A stretch of DNA of 64,000 bases from Balanoglossus misakiensis (Eukaryota; Animalia; Hemichordata): the NCBI GenBank assembly GCA_040954595.2, contig CM082592.2:6427531-6491530 (forward strand). The letters run 5' to 3'. Both the position numbers and the translations under genes were made by a program. Below, one piece after another: positions 14,201 to 27,699 of this stretch (within the stretch, counting starts at the first letter, position 1; each line of letters starts with the position of its first letter). The notes below the pieces were generated by a model. The model was not told where the DNA came from and did not search any database. It saw only the letters and a list, made by a program, of their open reading frames with translations.

Positions 14201-15621
14201 ATTTGTGTGCTTGTAGATCCCTCACCCTGGTTTGATACATTACATAATGGGACACTTTAAATGCATATTTTTGTATGTAATTCTGTATGTACAGAAAACA
14301 GTGGCCAAGTAGTGTAATGTATCAAATTCATCCACTGTTAACACGTCTTAGTTCTGTCTGTCTGACTGTGTCTGTCCTTCACTGTCATCACCCGACCCAA
14401 TTACCTCATTTTCCCATTATCAGTTTACTTCTGTCACAATTTAAGTTGTCACTGAATGTTTGCCTGCATAGTTGTGCTTGTTTGACAGTGTTATTAGGTG
14501 AAGGAAAATTTCAGACTATATTTGTTGACTGAAAAGTACTTGTTTTAATGTTTTCTGTCTGCAAACATTACCAACACATCTTGTTATATGTCTACCCCTC
14601 CACCCCACCCCACCCCCTCCACCCCTGATTCTGGTGTCATGGAATGATCCCAAACGATACACCCTGCATGGTGGTCAGTCCATTCTACACCGAAATGTGA
14701 TGGGTGTAGGATCAAGAAATCTGGCTGACTGAATGACCCTACCAATTGTCATGTTTGCGGTTTTTGCACAATGAGTGTGTTTTGTTAAAATCACATCTTT
14801 TCCGTCTGCATTGATACCATTGACTTCTTTCTTCTGTCCACCTATACCTTGTGTGTCTGGGTTTTTCTGCTTTCATTTGAGGTGCAACTGGAAAATGAAA
14901 GTCCTATACTGATCTTTTTAACACTTTGCCAGAAAAAGCTGTATTGCTCATAAACTTTCAATATTTTTAAAGTGAAGTTGGGGGTCACCATGCACATTTT
15001 GGATGGGAGAATTCAATCATCTTGAAGTTGTCAACATTTGGAAGTCAAAATGGCTGCCAAAACCAACATTTGAAAGTCAAAACCTGTCCTGATTTCATAA
15101 AATTGATAGGTAAATGACTTACTTCACACAGAACTTGATATGGGCAAAATTTGACAAATTTTGGGGACTTTCATTTTTCTCTAGATTTTTACATTGCTAC
15201 ATGGGGGAGGGTGCAATAGTAAACAAGCAGGTTGCTTCCAAGGGAAATATTCTGTATAATATATGATGGGATTAAGGTTGTAAAATTTATTATTACCTGA
15301 TATTCTTGTAGTAGTACCAAACAGAAAGTTACCAAACAGAGTCAATTCAGAAAGGAAATACAGAAAATAAACATCAAATTTCGTGGAATTTTCAAATTAT
15401 CCTGCAGGAGTTTGCTCTCAGAAGATGCTAGTCAGGGAAGTTTTGACAAATTTTTGTTTATTGTTGCTTTTCAGGAAATGCCAGCCATAAGACGTGATGG
15501 CAAAGCTATGAGTTCTCAAAGACCAAAGACTCACACCTACCCTCCTCATCCACAGAGGTACAGAGGGAGTGCTCATCACCCCGTGCCCGCACCCCGTCCA
15601 CCACGAAATTCAACTCACTAA
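8233..15621 (+). CDS. Ankyrin-repeat protein (ANKRD55/inversin-like) with a long Pro/Gln/Gly-rich disordered C-terminus; 5' coding exon(s) not identified
   Basis: Phase-consistent GT-AG exons: 8233-8361, 8779-8933, 9154-9372, 9773-9848, 10089-10232, 10424-10581, 10879-11166(or 11181), 11332-11479, ~11682-11862, ~12254-12447, 12795-13218, ~13664-14076(or 14163), 15475-15621. Ankyrin motifs DSLGRTAVSYAV, DGSTAVHRAV, DSQGRSPVHWA, DVDGLTPSMWA, DFVGKTWVHWA, DDEGKTVIHSAA, DDENRTCLHLA. Basic NLS-like KKKKKRRK near 13110. The first visible exon is phase 1, so an upstream exon must exist. Confidence 0.85.
8938..9062. repeat. Compound tetranucleotide microsatellite (AGTC)n/(ATTC)n directly after a 5' splice site
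   Basis: gag|gtgagttagtcagtcagtcattcattcattc...cagtcagtc is visible in the sequence. Confidence 0.95.
12655..12741 (-). mobile_element. ~87-bp MITE-like element with degenerate terminal inverted repeats (CCCTTTCAC...GTGGAAGGG), in an ankyrin-gene intron
   Basis: The termini ccctttcacc and gtggaaggg are near-complementary. The internal sequence resembles the reverse complement of the copies at 1791 and 29603. Confidence 0.55.
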
Positions 15622-17150
15622 ACAAATTCAAAAAGTTGCCAAATATTTCTCTGTCCTTTGGAGGTCATATTTTTTGTAAAGATTGTAGATTAATTTTTGT
15701 AAAAGTTTTTGTATCTTCTGTCTGTAAGGGGACTGAGTTAGAAAAAAAAGTTACTTAATAGAAAATATGGTTATTGTGGGTCCAACACATTATCGTACCC
15801 GGCAGTATGTATTTTTGTTATCATAACAGCTGCAAATGAGTAAATAGTTTGCAAGATGATTGCATCATCTGGGTTCAAGTTTAGGTCGTGGGGGTTAAAG
15901 GTTAGGTCATGGGGTTAGGTCACTGTGGCTGTTAGCGTTCACATTTTTTGTGTATTCTTGGGATTAAAAATTATGTGCCATTCACATTGCTGAGAGCAGG
16001 TCAAGACAAGTTTGTATTGGTATACATTTTTTTTTTCTTTTGTTACAGTTTTGATGTTCTGTAAATATATATCATTATTTTGCGCATAGCTTTTCCAACC
16101 CGTCCAGATTTTTTTTGTAAATAATGTAATTATCTAATTTAATTTAAATGAGGTCAAATATTAGGACAGTCACCTGACATTACAAAATGTTGCAAATGTT
16201 GCAAGCGATCCATGAAAACATGGAGTCCCATTTGGAGTGTAGAAGTGACGAAAAATGCTATCACACAAGTTTGTTTTGTTCTGTTTGTGAGATAGAATAT
16301 AAATTTACGTGTTTTTTTTTTATATTTACACATTTTGAAATTATATATGGCTACACAGGTAATTGTGATATTATCAGAGACATAATCACATGTATACTTC
16401 CATTTCATTTTTGTTTTGCTTTTTGCGTGTATGTATATTTTTTACTTATTTTTGTTTTGTTTTATTCGTAGTATTATTATTTTCTTTTGTTGTTTAGACA
16501 ATACAAACTTGTCTTTTTGAAGAAAACCAAAGCAGGGGGAAGGTTAGACAGTTAATGGAGTATTTGTCACGAGAAGTTTGTCTAATTACATGAACATCTT
16601 ATGTAGAGGGTATAGTAAGTGGATTGGCTACTAGTTTCCAGTGATATGTTTGTTGTTGTTTTTTCACTTTACAAAACACCCCGGCTGAGCAGACCTGCTG
16701 TCCAAATATACAAATTTACACTCCGTCCATAGTTCTTGAGAAGGTGGTACAGTCAGTGTGTAGTTGAGTGTATATACATTATAAGTAGTGTGTTCAATGT
16801 GGTCTAATGTTTCATGTACGCGAACAGTGCCATGGTTACTGTAATTGCAATTTGGGAAGTCATGTTTCGTAAGCGAGGATTTTCGTTCACGAATTCCTCT
16901 TGCTGGTGGCCAACATGTCATCCAGGTGTTCCGATCACCGGGTAAAAACTGGCACACTGATGAATCTATAGTCCCCATGTCAAATGAAAACAGAAAGTTA
17001 GAATGGTATTTATATTTGAAATGTGGTTAAACAAAATTTGTTCAGCTTTCACAGTGTAATTATTTTTTGTCCGATATCTGTACACACAAGTATACACAGG
17101 CCAGGAGCCATCACACTTTTGTGCATATTTAATGTGTTGCGCTTTCTACA

Positions 17151-17217
17151 TAACCCTTTCACCCCCATTGACCAACCACACTTTTGGGTTTAAACCATAA
17201 TCTGGTTAGGAAAGGTT
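17151..17217 (-). mobile_element. Internally deleted copy of the same MITE-like family
   Basis: taaccctttcacccccatt...aggaaaggtt has the same left end as 12655. Confidence 0.45.
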
Positions 17218-19306
17218 TCCACCAGACAAGTCCCAACTGTACGTATTCTGTATTTGTAATTTTTTGTCCATACTTTGTAAATAATGGTATATTTTTAGAG
17301 TTTACCAAATAGATTTTTTTCTAACAGTCAATTTGAGAAGTATGGTTATATACATGAAAATAGACAAAATGTACATAGTAAATAAACTTCTGTATTAAAA
17401 TCACGAGAACTGTAGATATTTCTGAATCACAAAATATTCCAATAATGTATAGATGATGATGATTGAGTGACTAAGTTATTTTTGTCCTGAATATTTTATA
17501 TGCTAACGTTATACTGGCTTATTACATGTACATGCGAGTTTTCTGGATTCTGTAAGACAATTTTTTAGTGTCTTTGTGGTTTTTTTTACCCCTTTCACAA
17601 AATGTGATGTTTTTCATCATGGAACTGTTGAAAATGATTCGACAGTTGCAAATTTCATGCTCTGTTTCTCTGTAATGAGATTGCAAGGAATGTTTTAAGG
17701 TGCCTACACAGTCATCATTATGAAAATTATTTCAATTGCGGTAAATGTGCCATCCAACATTCCATTCGTTGCTTGTATTTAAAAAAAAATCTGAAACCTT
17801 GCCACCTTGTGTTGAGTGTGCTTCCATCACCCGCCAAAGAAAATGGTGGGCTCATTCGAATTCCTGAATGTGGTCAAAGGTTGATCCGAAGAATATCATG
17901 AAATTGAGAAAATAAGCAATGAAATTTTTGTGTTGTTTTTAATGCAAAAGACCATTCTGTGTAGGCAAATACTCTTTTGATACAAGAAAGATAAAACATT
18001 CCTGATAATAATATTATTTTTTTTAAACTACTTGTATGTAGTGATGCTCAAAGACAAAGATGAAAATAACTTGAATTTTATCTAAAAGTATCCCCAAGAA
18101 AAAAAACAGTTTGCAGGATATCCTTTAGTGATATGTACCACTAAAAAGATGATTTTGACTGCTCAGTACTGTGTTTTATTTTTTCACGTTTATAATAATA
18201 ATATGAGGCCACTTCTTGCACTGAAATACACCTTCAGATGGCAATGAAACATCCTAAAATTCCCCTGAATTCACCCCCGAAAAAAAAGTTTCAAGCACAA
18301 ATGTTGACCTGACTCCACCAAGTGAAATATGACGCGGATGTTTCAACCACGAGATACTCTCAAGCAAGAAGTGGTCGTGTGATTCTTTTCATTTTTCTTA
18401 TTATTAAATGATATGATGGAAAAATGATAATGTGTATAAATTGTTGTGAAACCTTGATTGGAGAAAAAAGTTTTCTGATTCATCAATATATATTTGCAAT
18501 GACTTGGCAGAACTTGGAGGAAATAAAAAACATTTAAAAGCATAAGAGAAGAGTTACCTTTTATAACGGGTAGTTACTTTAATTTCACAAATGCAGTACA
18601 CACATCCCTTGTCAAGTTTTGCATTAGTAAAGAAATTACTTGGGCATAACTTTGACTTTTTTTGCTGCAAAACGAAAAACACAAGAATGTACTTATGTTG
18701 GTTTGCTTCGAGCTTTAACAATGTATCATTGTATTCAGAGGCATTATGTGCTTTCAGATTTACAGCTGATCCACAAATTTAATTTACCAGGATTTTTCGC
18801 CATTCTGCAGAGAATTGTAGTTGATACCGAGCATGGTTTGTAGGATCTGGGCTTGTCCATAATCTGAAGAAAAGATTACTTGAGCTTCCAGCCAAGTTGC
18901 AGGATCATTTTATCATATTTGCAACTAAGTAGGACCCAATTCATATTAAGCTACTTGTATCAGTAGTCACTCATGACGTTTAATCTGTAATTTTTTGTCA
19001 TCACATTATACTGTTTTTGCAGTAAATTCCAAAGTGAGAGATCACTCAGACTGATGTCCGTCTGAAGTTCTTGCCTTGCTGAGCAACTTTGCCCATGGGT
19101 ACAAACTCTGACAAGCTAATAGCCTCTGCCAATGTGGTTCCCTGACCCATTCTGCTGGTGCACTTGCAAAGACATGCAGTGTGTCTCATTCTATCCATGC
19201 CCATCATTGGCTGAAGTATCAAGCAATCTGATTGGTCAGTGTATATTTCTTGTGTGGATTATTCAATGAAAGTAATAAACAGCATACGTTACTAAGCAAC
19301 AAACGG

Positions 19307-19341
19307 CGGCCATCTTGCCCAAATTTTGGACAAGATGGCCG
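19307..19341. repeat. 35-bp near-perfect palindrome made of two inverted CAAGATGGCCG (YY1-like) motifs
   Basis: cggccatcttgcccaaa-t-tttggacaagatggccg: 17-bp arms with one mismatch. Confidence 0.85.
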
Positions 19342-20728
19342 ATCATTTTTCTGCAGCACCGTGCAGCCAGCAGTGGAAATAAGACAGGGAACCAAGCAAA
19401 ACCACTGTACATGTATATACAGGTCTTTAGTTTCATGGAACTCGACTTGAATTGTACCATCCATAAAACCCCACAACTTACAAAGTTATCCCCGAAATAT
19501 ACCTTGTGGCTGTGTATTACTTACATTCCAACTGTTCTCTCCAGTCACTGTAAATGTTAGTGCGAAGCATTTGTTGATTGTAAGATTTTAAAAATCATCA
19601 CCGTCACATAAATTAATAAATTTTTTGATGATATGTATGTGTGGTTGTGTTGTTTTTTCTGATGACAGAGAGAGAATATAAGGTCTACAGTAAATTGAGT
19701 AAAATGAGGTACTTTGGACTGGGGGAGGGGGCATGCTCCTACTTTATAAGAGACAAGGATATGTGGACCACAACTATTGCTAGTGTATATTTCAGATAAC
19801 TCATTACAAAGTACACAAAGACAGTTGAGGCTGGTTGGCGGTGCCTGGCACAAGCCAGCGATTACAGTAACTACTAAGTACATTGTAATAGGTAATCCGG
19901 TCTTTGCAGATAATTCTGACCTCATCAGCACTGCAAGTTGATATGTTCTGAATATGATGATGAAAAAAATGCACCTTTCTTTGCATGTGTTTGTCGTTTG
20001 TCTGTGTGTGTTGATGTACTCAGATCGTGAGAGTGAGGACATACTGAAAACTTATCTGGGCTACTGAAACATCCTTTTTAGGGGGATGTGGATTTAGCCT
20101 AGTGGTTTTGTGAGCGGACTTGCTTGTGAACTGGTGCAGTACTAGTAGGTCTGGGTTTGAATCCCCTGAAATACAAGTCAATTTTACCGAATAAATCAAC
20201 CACATTTATTAAAAGAATACTATATCATTTATTACTCTTAGAAATCATCAGCTAAGCCTTTACAGCTGTATATTGAGCGCTATTCATTGCTAAATTTATC
20301 ATTTATACAACTGCCCTGTGGGTACATTGTAGAGACGTCTCCAATATGGTTGAAACCTTCATCACATAAAGCTGCTACTTGTGTGCTGGGCTAACCCATT
20401 TTTCCATGTTACAAAATGCTCCAAACTGATTTCAATAGAACATCGTTGCTGTAATATAATACCCAGAAGCACAGTACAAGGTATGGTGAACTTTTGACCA
20501 AAATAAATGATTTCTGTCGTTTCATCAGATTATCATTTCTGTCAAGAGTTTCCATCCCAATAATTTATGTCCACTGCTTGTGTGCATAATTTACATGACC
20601 AATATGGAAATTGTTATTCAAACAGCTTGAGACCGTTTCCTCTGCGATGCATGGTTTCCACGGTAACCGACTCCAGCAGTCTGGCAGGATGTAACAAGGC
20701 AAGTGCATTCCATCAGATGGGATTCAAG

Positions 20729-21839
<1,111 letters not shown>

Positions 21840-22766
21840 ATGTTTAGCGTTCACTTTACTCGCTCGCTGATGAAATCAATCCCCTGGGTTGCATGTAGGG
21901 GTATCTCGTCAAAGGTACGTGATATGATCTTGCATTGCATTGCATGCGTGTGACGTGAGTGAGTGAGTGAGTCAGATACAGTGTGAAGAGCGCCCTCCGT
22001 GGACGAATTAAGACAAATGTAATCAACAAAACACTTTCAAATCAATACAACTAAGTTTATCTCGTATGCTTGTAAAAGTGAACTTCATGCACATGTCGCC
22101 CTTCTAATTCTAAATTCCTTCCTGTTTCAGATTCCAGACAAACCAACCTGGATCGAAATTGACCCTGACACATTACCAGATAAAACAGACATTGACAAAG
22201 AAACTGTCCAAAAGTTGGAAAGATTGGCATTGGTAAACTTCAGTGATGAGGCTGGGGTTGAACGGTTGTCCAGAGCGGTCAGATTCGCCGATCAGCTGTT
22301 ACTTGTAAACACCGAGGGCGTGAAACCAATGGACACTGTCCTTGAAGACAGGTTGCTTCAAAATTTGTCTTTTCAGTCTTGTTTTAATACAGACATTTCA
22401 ATTGGTAAAATATCACAGCTTGGCAAAACACTTAAGTTGTCACTATCAATTGTAAAAACTTACTTTTTTACCCTGTTTGCTGAAGGTCTCTGTATTTACG
22501 GGAAGACGTTGTGGACGATGGATTCTACACTGAAGAGGTCATGAAAAATGCTGCAGAAGTTCGGGAAGAATACTATGTTGCACCCCCAGGTGACAATTGA
22601 CTCTTTTCCAATTTATTTTACTTTCCAAAGGCATAATTTGCGTGTAGCCAAAATCACATTAACATGTTCAGAAACCAAAGTGCTGTGTGCACACTCTTCT
22701 CAATGACATTTTCTGTCTTTTTTAGGTAATATCCCATTGAGACGTGAAAATAAATCAGAAGATTGA
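21840..22766 (+). CDS. GATC: Glutamyl-tRNA(Gln) amidotransferase subunit C, mitochondrial; 4 exons
   Basis: Exons 21840-21914 (presequence-like MFSVHFTRSLMKSIPWVACRGISSK), 22131-22351, ~22486-22589, ~22726-22766. Motifs LERLALVNF, AVRFADQL, GVKPMDTVLEDRSLYLRED, EEYYVAPPGNIPL. Confidence 0.93.
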
Positions 22767-23399
22767 CAAGAATGAAACTATGCCACCATGTGCATCAGTC
22801 ATCTTATTTGATTGAACATTTCATGCAACCAGTCATTAAACGTGGCACGGTCACTCCATGTGACTGGAATATAAAATTATTGACAAGAACATTGACCAAC
22901 CTTACAATGCAAGGCACAACTTTTCTTGTGTTACGAAATGACTCTGGAGTTTTGCACTTGTTGCATGTTAACCATCAGAGATGCAGTTCTGTATCCAGAA
23001 CATCTGGATTGTTTATGAAGTAGCCTTGTTCTTAGATCAAGCACAAGTGCAAATGTGTGACCACTTTTCAACAATATACTAGTTCCATTTGCTTAATTCA
23101 GGTCTCCTGCAAGTTATTGTCCAGAAGGGTACCTATAGTAACATGTCCCTACGGGCATCAAGCTCGGTAAAGGTTTTCCCCTCAAAACAGGTTCTTGACT
23201 TCTGATCCTTAGAAGTGTTCCAGGCATTAAAGTTCAGTACCAGTAACCATCCATTTCTTGCTTTAAACCCCATAGTTGTCAGAGGTACAACAAGTAAATA
23301 AATGGGGTAGGAGCAATCACTGCATGAGAACGCAACTCATGTTCAGACAGTCACACACACGCACCATTTCATGGAATGAAAACATAAGCCAGAGATTTA

Positions 23400-25769
23400 C
23401 ATATTCTCTCATTTTATTTCAATCTCGAATGAAAGAGTCCACCACAAAAGGGGTGTAAAATACATCAAAAGACTGTCAGTTGAGTCAACTCTCTACACAC
23501 AGCCAGCCCGGTTCCATGTCTCCATCACTGCACCTGTAACCTGCTAAGGGGGGTTAGAAACATGCAAGTATACACCAAGATTGTAAAGAACCTTCATGTG
23601 CTCTATCCATTTTGAATTTGAGAAGACGCTAGGAATTTTGGGATTTGCCAAACGGATGCAGTTGTCTATCGTGCGTTTGTTTTTTTCCTCGCAAGCTACG
23701 CCGAAATTTGGTGCATTTTTTTAATGGAATATGAAACGCATTTTTTTAAATATAAACAACGCACTGACATAAATTTACCCTGAGAGGAATCCTGAACTCC
23801 TGATCCAAGGGGGGTTCCTGATCCAACGCGTGAATTTCCTGGATCCTATTTTCGATTTCCCGGCCATTTGGACCAATAAATTTGTGCTCCTTTATGAAAT
23901 CCTGTTGAACTGATGAAATTTGAATCCGACTTTGGCAGAAGATCCGGGTGTTTTTCAGTTTTTTGCCGAATTTAGGGGTTTTCTGTCCTTTCCCTTTTCT
24001 GGTCTCCTGCCATGATCGATCTGATTGAAAGTGTCCCAACATCTGTAACAACCTCTCCGTGACATTGGGATGAGATGTGTCCTACCCGCATCCAACCTTC
24101 AAGTCAAACAAGGAATTGTGTTAGAAAGTGTACAAACGAAGCGGAAAAACAATCTAGGGGCATGCTTTCTTTTTTTTTAATTTTTGTTTTTTGGGGTTAC
24201 CGTTTTTTGGCTTGCTGTCACAACTGCAAACAGGATTAGAGAGAGCTTTGGAGTGAGACGAACGGTGGAAACTAACTTAAACCCACTAACAGAGTTGGCT
24301 CACGCACACACTAAGGCTTACCTCACTGAACAGTTACAAATCATGCACATCAAGGGTAAAATGGTGAAACAGAAAAAAAATGTATTAGTTGTAATGCAGC
24401 AAAAAGGTACAAACGCAGGTCGTTTCCCCAACAGTTAAAAACTAAAATCTTGGATATCATTGAGAGTGTGCAAGCTACCCTTCAATACTACAAAAATAAT
24501 GACACAAATGCACGACATAGGCCTATAATGTCACTGTTACGGTGAAATTCTTGTGACATCATATTGATGTTTTAAAAATTTGAGCCGAGATATGAAAGTG
24601 GGCAGTTCAACATAAACACACTTCTTTTTAAACCCAAGTTAGGAAATACAACAAAATTCATACAATTACTTATTATTCACGCCAAGGGGCTGGTTACCTG
24701 TGCAAATTAATATCAAAAATTGGGGGAAATGTTTCTCATTCAGCAATGACAACACACTTTTATATCACCCGGACTACAAGGTACAAAGGGGTATCATCAA
24801 CAAAAATAATTTCTCATGCAGGTCAGTAGGTGTGCAAAGCCACTGAGACAAACACGTTGTTTTACCAGAATGACATTTCACAAGATCCAATTCTGAAATC
24901 GAAGGAAAATGGCCAGATATAGAAAAATATGCAAGCAGAGTTGGTCTGTGATGAATCCCCATAATCTGACTTTTACAGCTGCCAAAAGCAGAAAATCAAC
25001 AAAATTTAATTTGCTTGGATGTGGGTGATATATATAAAAACTGGGTAGTCCATATAACCTAGCTCAAAAATCAGTGGTTCATCATGTTTAAAAAACAAGA
25101 GAAACACGAGGGAAGTCTGCATTACCATGAAAAACCATGTGAATCCTACACCATCAACATGCTCCTTATTGAAGCCTTCTCATCCGACTTTTCCCAGCTG
25201 AAAGTCCCTTTCCTTTACCGATGACAATCCTCATAACATGGTCATTGAGTTCCCTTTATCCTACTCCCGTATACCTCATTCTGAAGAAATGCAATGGTGT
25301 AAAAATGAAATTTAATACAAAGAAAGATCTACATGAAACCTACTTTAAAACAGTATTATTTAAGGGCTACGGATAACATACAAAACTTGGATAAATTGAC
25401 ACTGTAGTACTGAATACAATTCACAAAAAGTACACATTTCTCAAATGTTCAGATCCAGAAATTCTAAAAGCTGCACCAAAACAAATGAAAACCCCATCCC
25501 AACAAACCAATACCTGCCAGGCAAGTACATAATACCGGTGACAAATTAAAAGATTTAAAACTTTGAAGTATCAAGTAAGCACATAATTTGAAATGGTGAT
25601 CATTTTGAAATTGTGTCCAGTCTTGTGTTCTCAGTACAAAAGTCCTCCCCTCTCGATCTGGTCAGAGAAAACGCCCTCCCTCCCCCCTCCTCCCACCCCC
25701 AGTGGAAATTTATCGTTTATCTGTCATGCTGGATGTCATATAGCACTGACAACACTTCTTGTGTTGTTC
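23400..25769 (-). other. Long 3'UTR of the SRSF1/9 gene, with candidate non-coding exons (25280-25126; 24096-~23400) and 3'UTR intron(s)
   Basis: Minus-strand signals: acceptor ttgcatttcttcag| at 25281, donor catg|gtaatg at 25125, branch point ctaac at 24124-24120 with acceptor ttgaag| at 24097, and AATAAA at 23418-23413. The exonic parts are GGA-rich. Confidence 0.55.
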
Positions 25770-27612
25770 TCAAGACCTTGATCTGGACCTGGACCGCCGT
25801 GGTGAATATCTTGGAGACGCTCTTCTCCTACGAGGAGGAGAATGACTGCGTGATCTGCTGCGGCTATGTGACCTGGGGCTGTATGGATAGTCTTCTTTGA
25901 CACGAATGTACGATACTTCTCCCTATGGCAAGACAGACACAATAGATTGGGACATATTCCTTTACGAGACCACTTAACCCACACGCACTGTACACACACA
26001 CTGCCAGGTTTTAACGTATTTGGTGTGGTTGAATGCTTGTCCACCATGGATAACATTCCCCTTGTACTTTTGAAGAGATTTACTGAATGCAGACAACTCG
26101 AGTTTTTTTAACTCTGGCTCAAATACATCTTCCCTCACATATCCACTTATCACTTTACTTACGGTGCCATCAATGCCGTTGAAAGACAAGTGTTTTGCTA
26201 AAGTAGCTGCATTCTGTTTTTCATGCGCTCCAATATGACTGTGTAGATGCTTTAAACCTTACATATTTTTCATTAAAATGTCTGATTGAATAAAAGTGGT
26301 TAATTCAAACAATGAGTAAGAGAAGCACAAAACTCAATCCCCAATCCTGTGAATTGAAAAATGAATAAAATAAAGGACAGCGTGCTTGTACCATTTTATC
26401 TTGAGTTCCTTTAGTCATTACATGCCTACTGAGTTTCCAACCATTTCAAGTTTGTGCCTATTCTGCTTCTCACTAAAATCATTCAAGCAGGATGTAGTTA
26501 GTCCTGATAAATTTTGTTTGGGTTCAAACTTCACGTCATATTTTTAAGTGTTGCAAGATGGCACTTACTTCATGAGACCTAAACTTAGTATCGTCAAGAT
26601 GTTTCGCTGCATACTTCATATCTTCGTATCTTAGAAACTCGACAACTCCTGTACCGTCCCTGTAAACATCAGCAAAGCATACATCACCAGCTTCTCTCAT
26701 GTGATCCTTCAAATCCTGCCAGCTCCCGGTTGATGGCAAGCCTGAAACAATAATGAGCATTGTGGATTTTATCATCAACTTTATTATTCCCTGTCAATGG
26801 AAACATTTCAACACCTTGTCTCAAAATGAGCGAATTCTATCGTTTTAATATGTACATCAGTTTTAGCATGTGTTGCTACTTGTAAGGAAACCACTGCTTA
26901 CCTGAAACAAGGCACCTGTACTCAGACCTCCTTGCTGACTGCGGACCACCTCTTCCGCCGCCACCCCCACCACGCATGCCACCACCACCACCTCTGCTGA
27001 AACCACCACGTCCACCACGGGGAAACTCTACCCTCAACTTGTATCCATCATAGTCGTAACCATCCCTACCGCGCACTGCGTCTTCTGCATCCCTGAAATG
27101 AACATCAAAAATGATGGGGAAGATAAATAATACTGATCATTCAGTGGCAGTTGATTGGCAACTACAAAGCTTCATGCATTTACTCTTTCAGAGGCCAACT
27201 CTTGAACTCACTCACATGTAAAATTGGAATTGCCCGCCACATTTTCAAGGTTGGGGAGAGCCCTGCAATCAATACAACGCGGCATTGTGGGCTTTGTATA
27301 GAAGAAAGCATTCAAGGCAGCCTGTCATAAAATGGTAAACGCCGCGCGCGGCGTCACTAATAAATTATGCAGATTAGAAAATCCAATGTGGTCCGACTAC
27401 TACGCGCGAGACACGTTTTTACTATACCTTTTATCCTCGAACTCAACAAACGAAAACGGTGGCCCCCTCCTGTTCTTCAAATCGATGTCCAAAATATTAC
27501 CATACTTGTAGAAAATATCCTCGATATCTTTCACGCGTATATCTGGTGGTAAATTTCCAACGTAAATCCGACAATCGTTACTTCCCGCTGGACCACGAAC
27601 GACGCCCGACAT
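25770..27612 (-). CDS. SRSF1: Serine/arginine-rich splicing factor, single orthologue of vertebrate SRSF1/SRSF9 (RRM1, Gly linker, RRM2, RS domain); 4 coding exons
   Basis: Exons 27612-27428, 27092-26902, 26741-26569, 25922-25770. Sequence [44 protein letters not shown], the pseudo-RRM hallmark SWQDLKD, FRSHE|GEVSYIRV, and an RS tail. Confidence 0.97.
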
Positions 27613-27699
27613 GTTTGGCAGAAATTTAAGCTCTAATAACCAAACTTTCGATGCGAAAGCCACAAAAATCTACAGGAAAGAGCGTCCCTCAGTTGAGAG

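Noticed and set aside
15622-20700. COX6A1, expected next to TRIAP1 from human synteny
   Set aside because: No COX6A-like peptide (e.g. the KPFPWGDG motif) noticed; the region looks like AT-rich UTR or intergenic DNA.
23746-24051. 101-aa minus-strand ORF downstream of SRSF
   Set aside because: Non-ATG start and no recognisable domain; better explained as the GGA-rich non-coding terminal exon of the SRSF 3'UTR.
25505-25530. Possible U1 snRNA gene (ACTTGCCTGGCAGG)
   Set aside because: Similarity stops after ~14 nt; no U1 stem-loops or Sm site follow.
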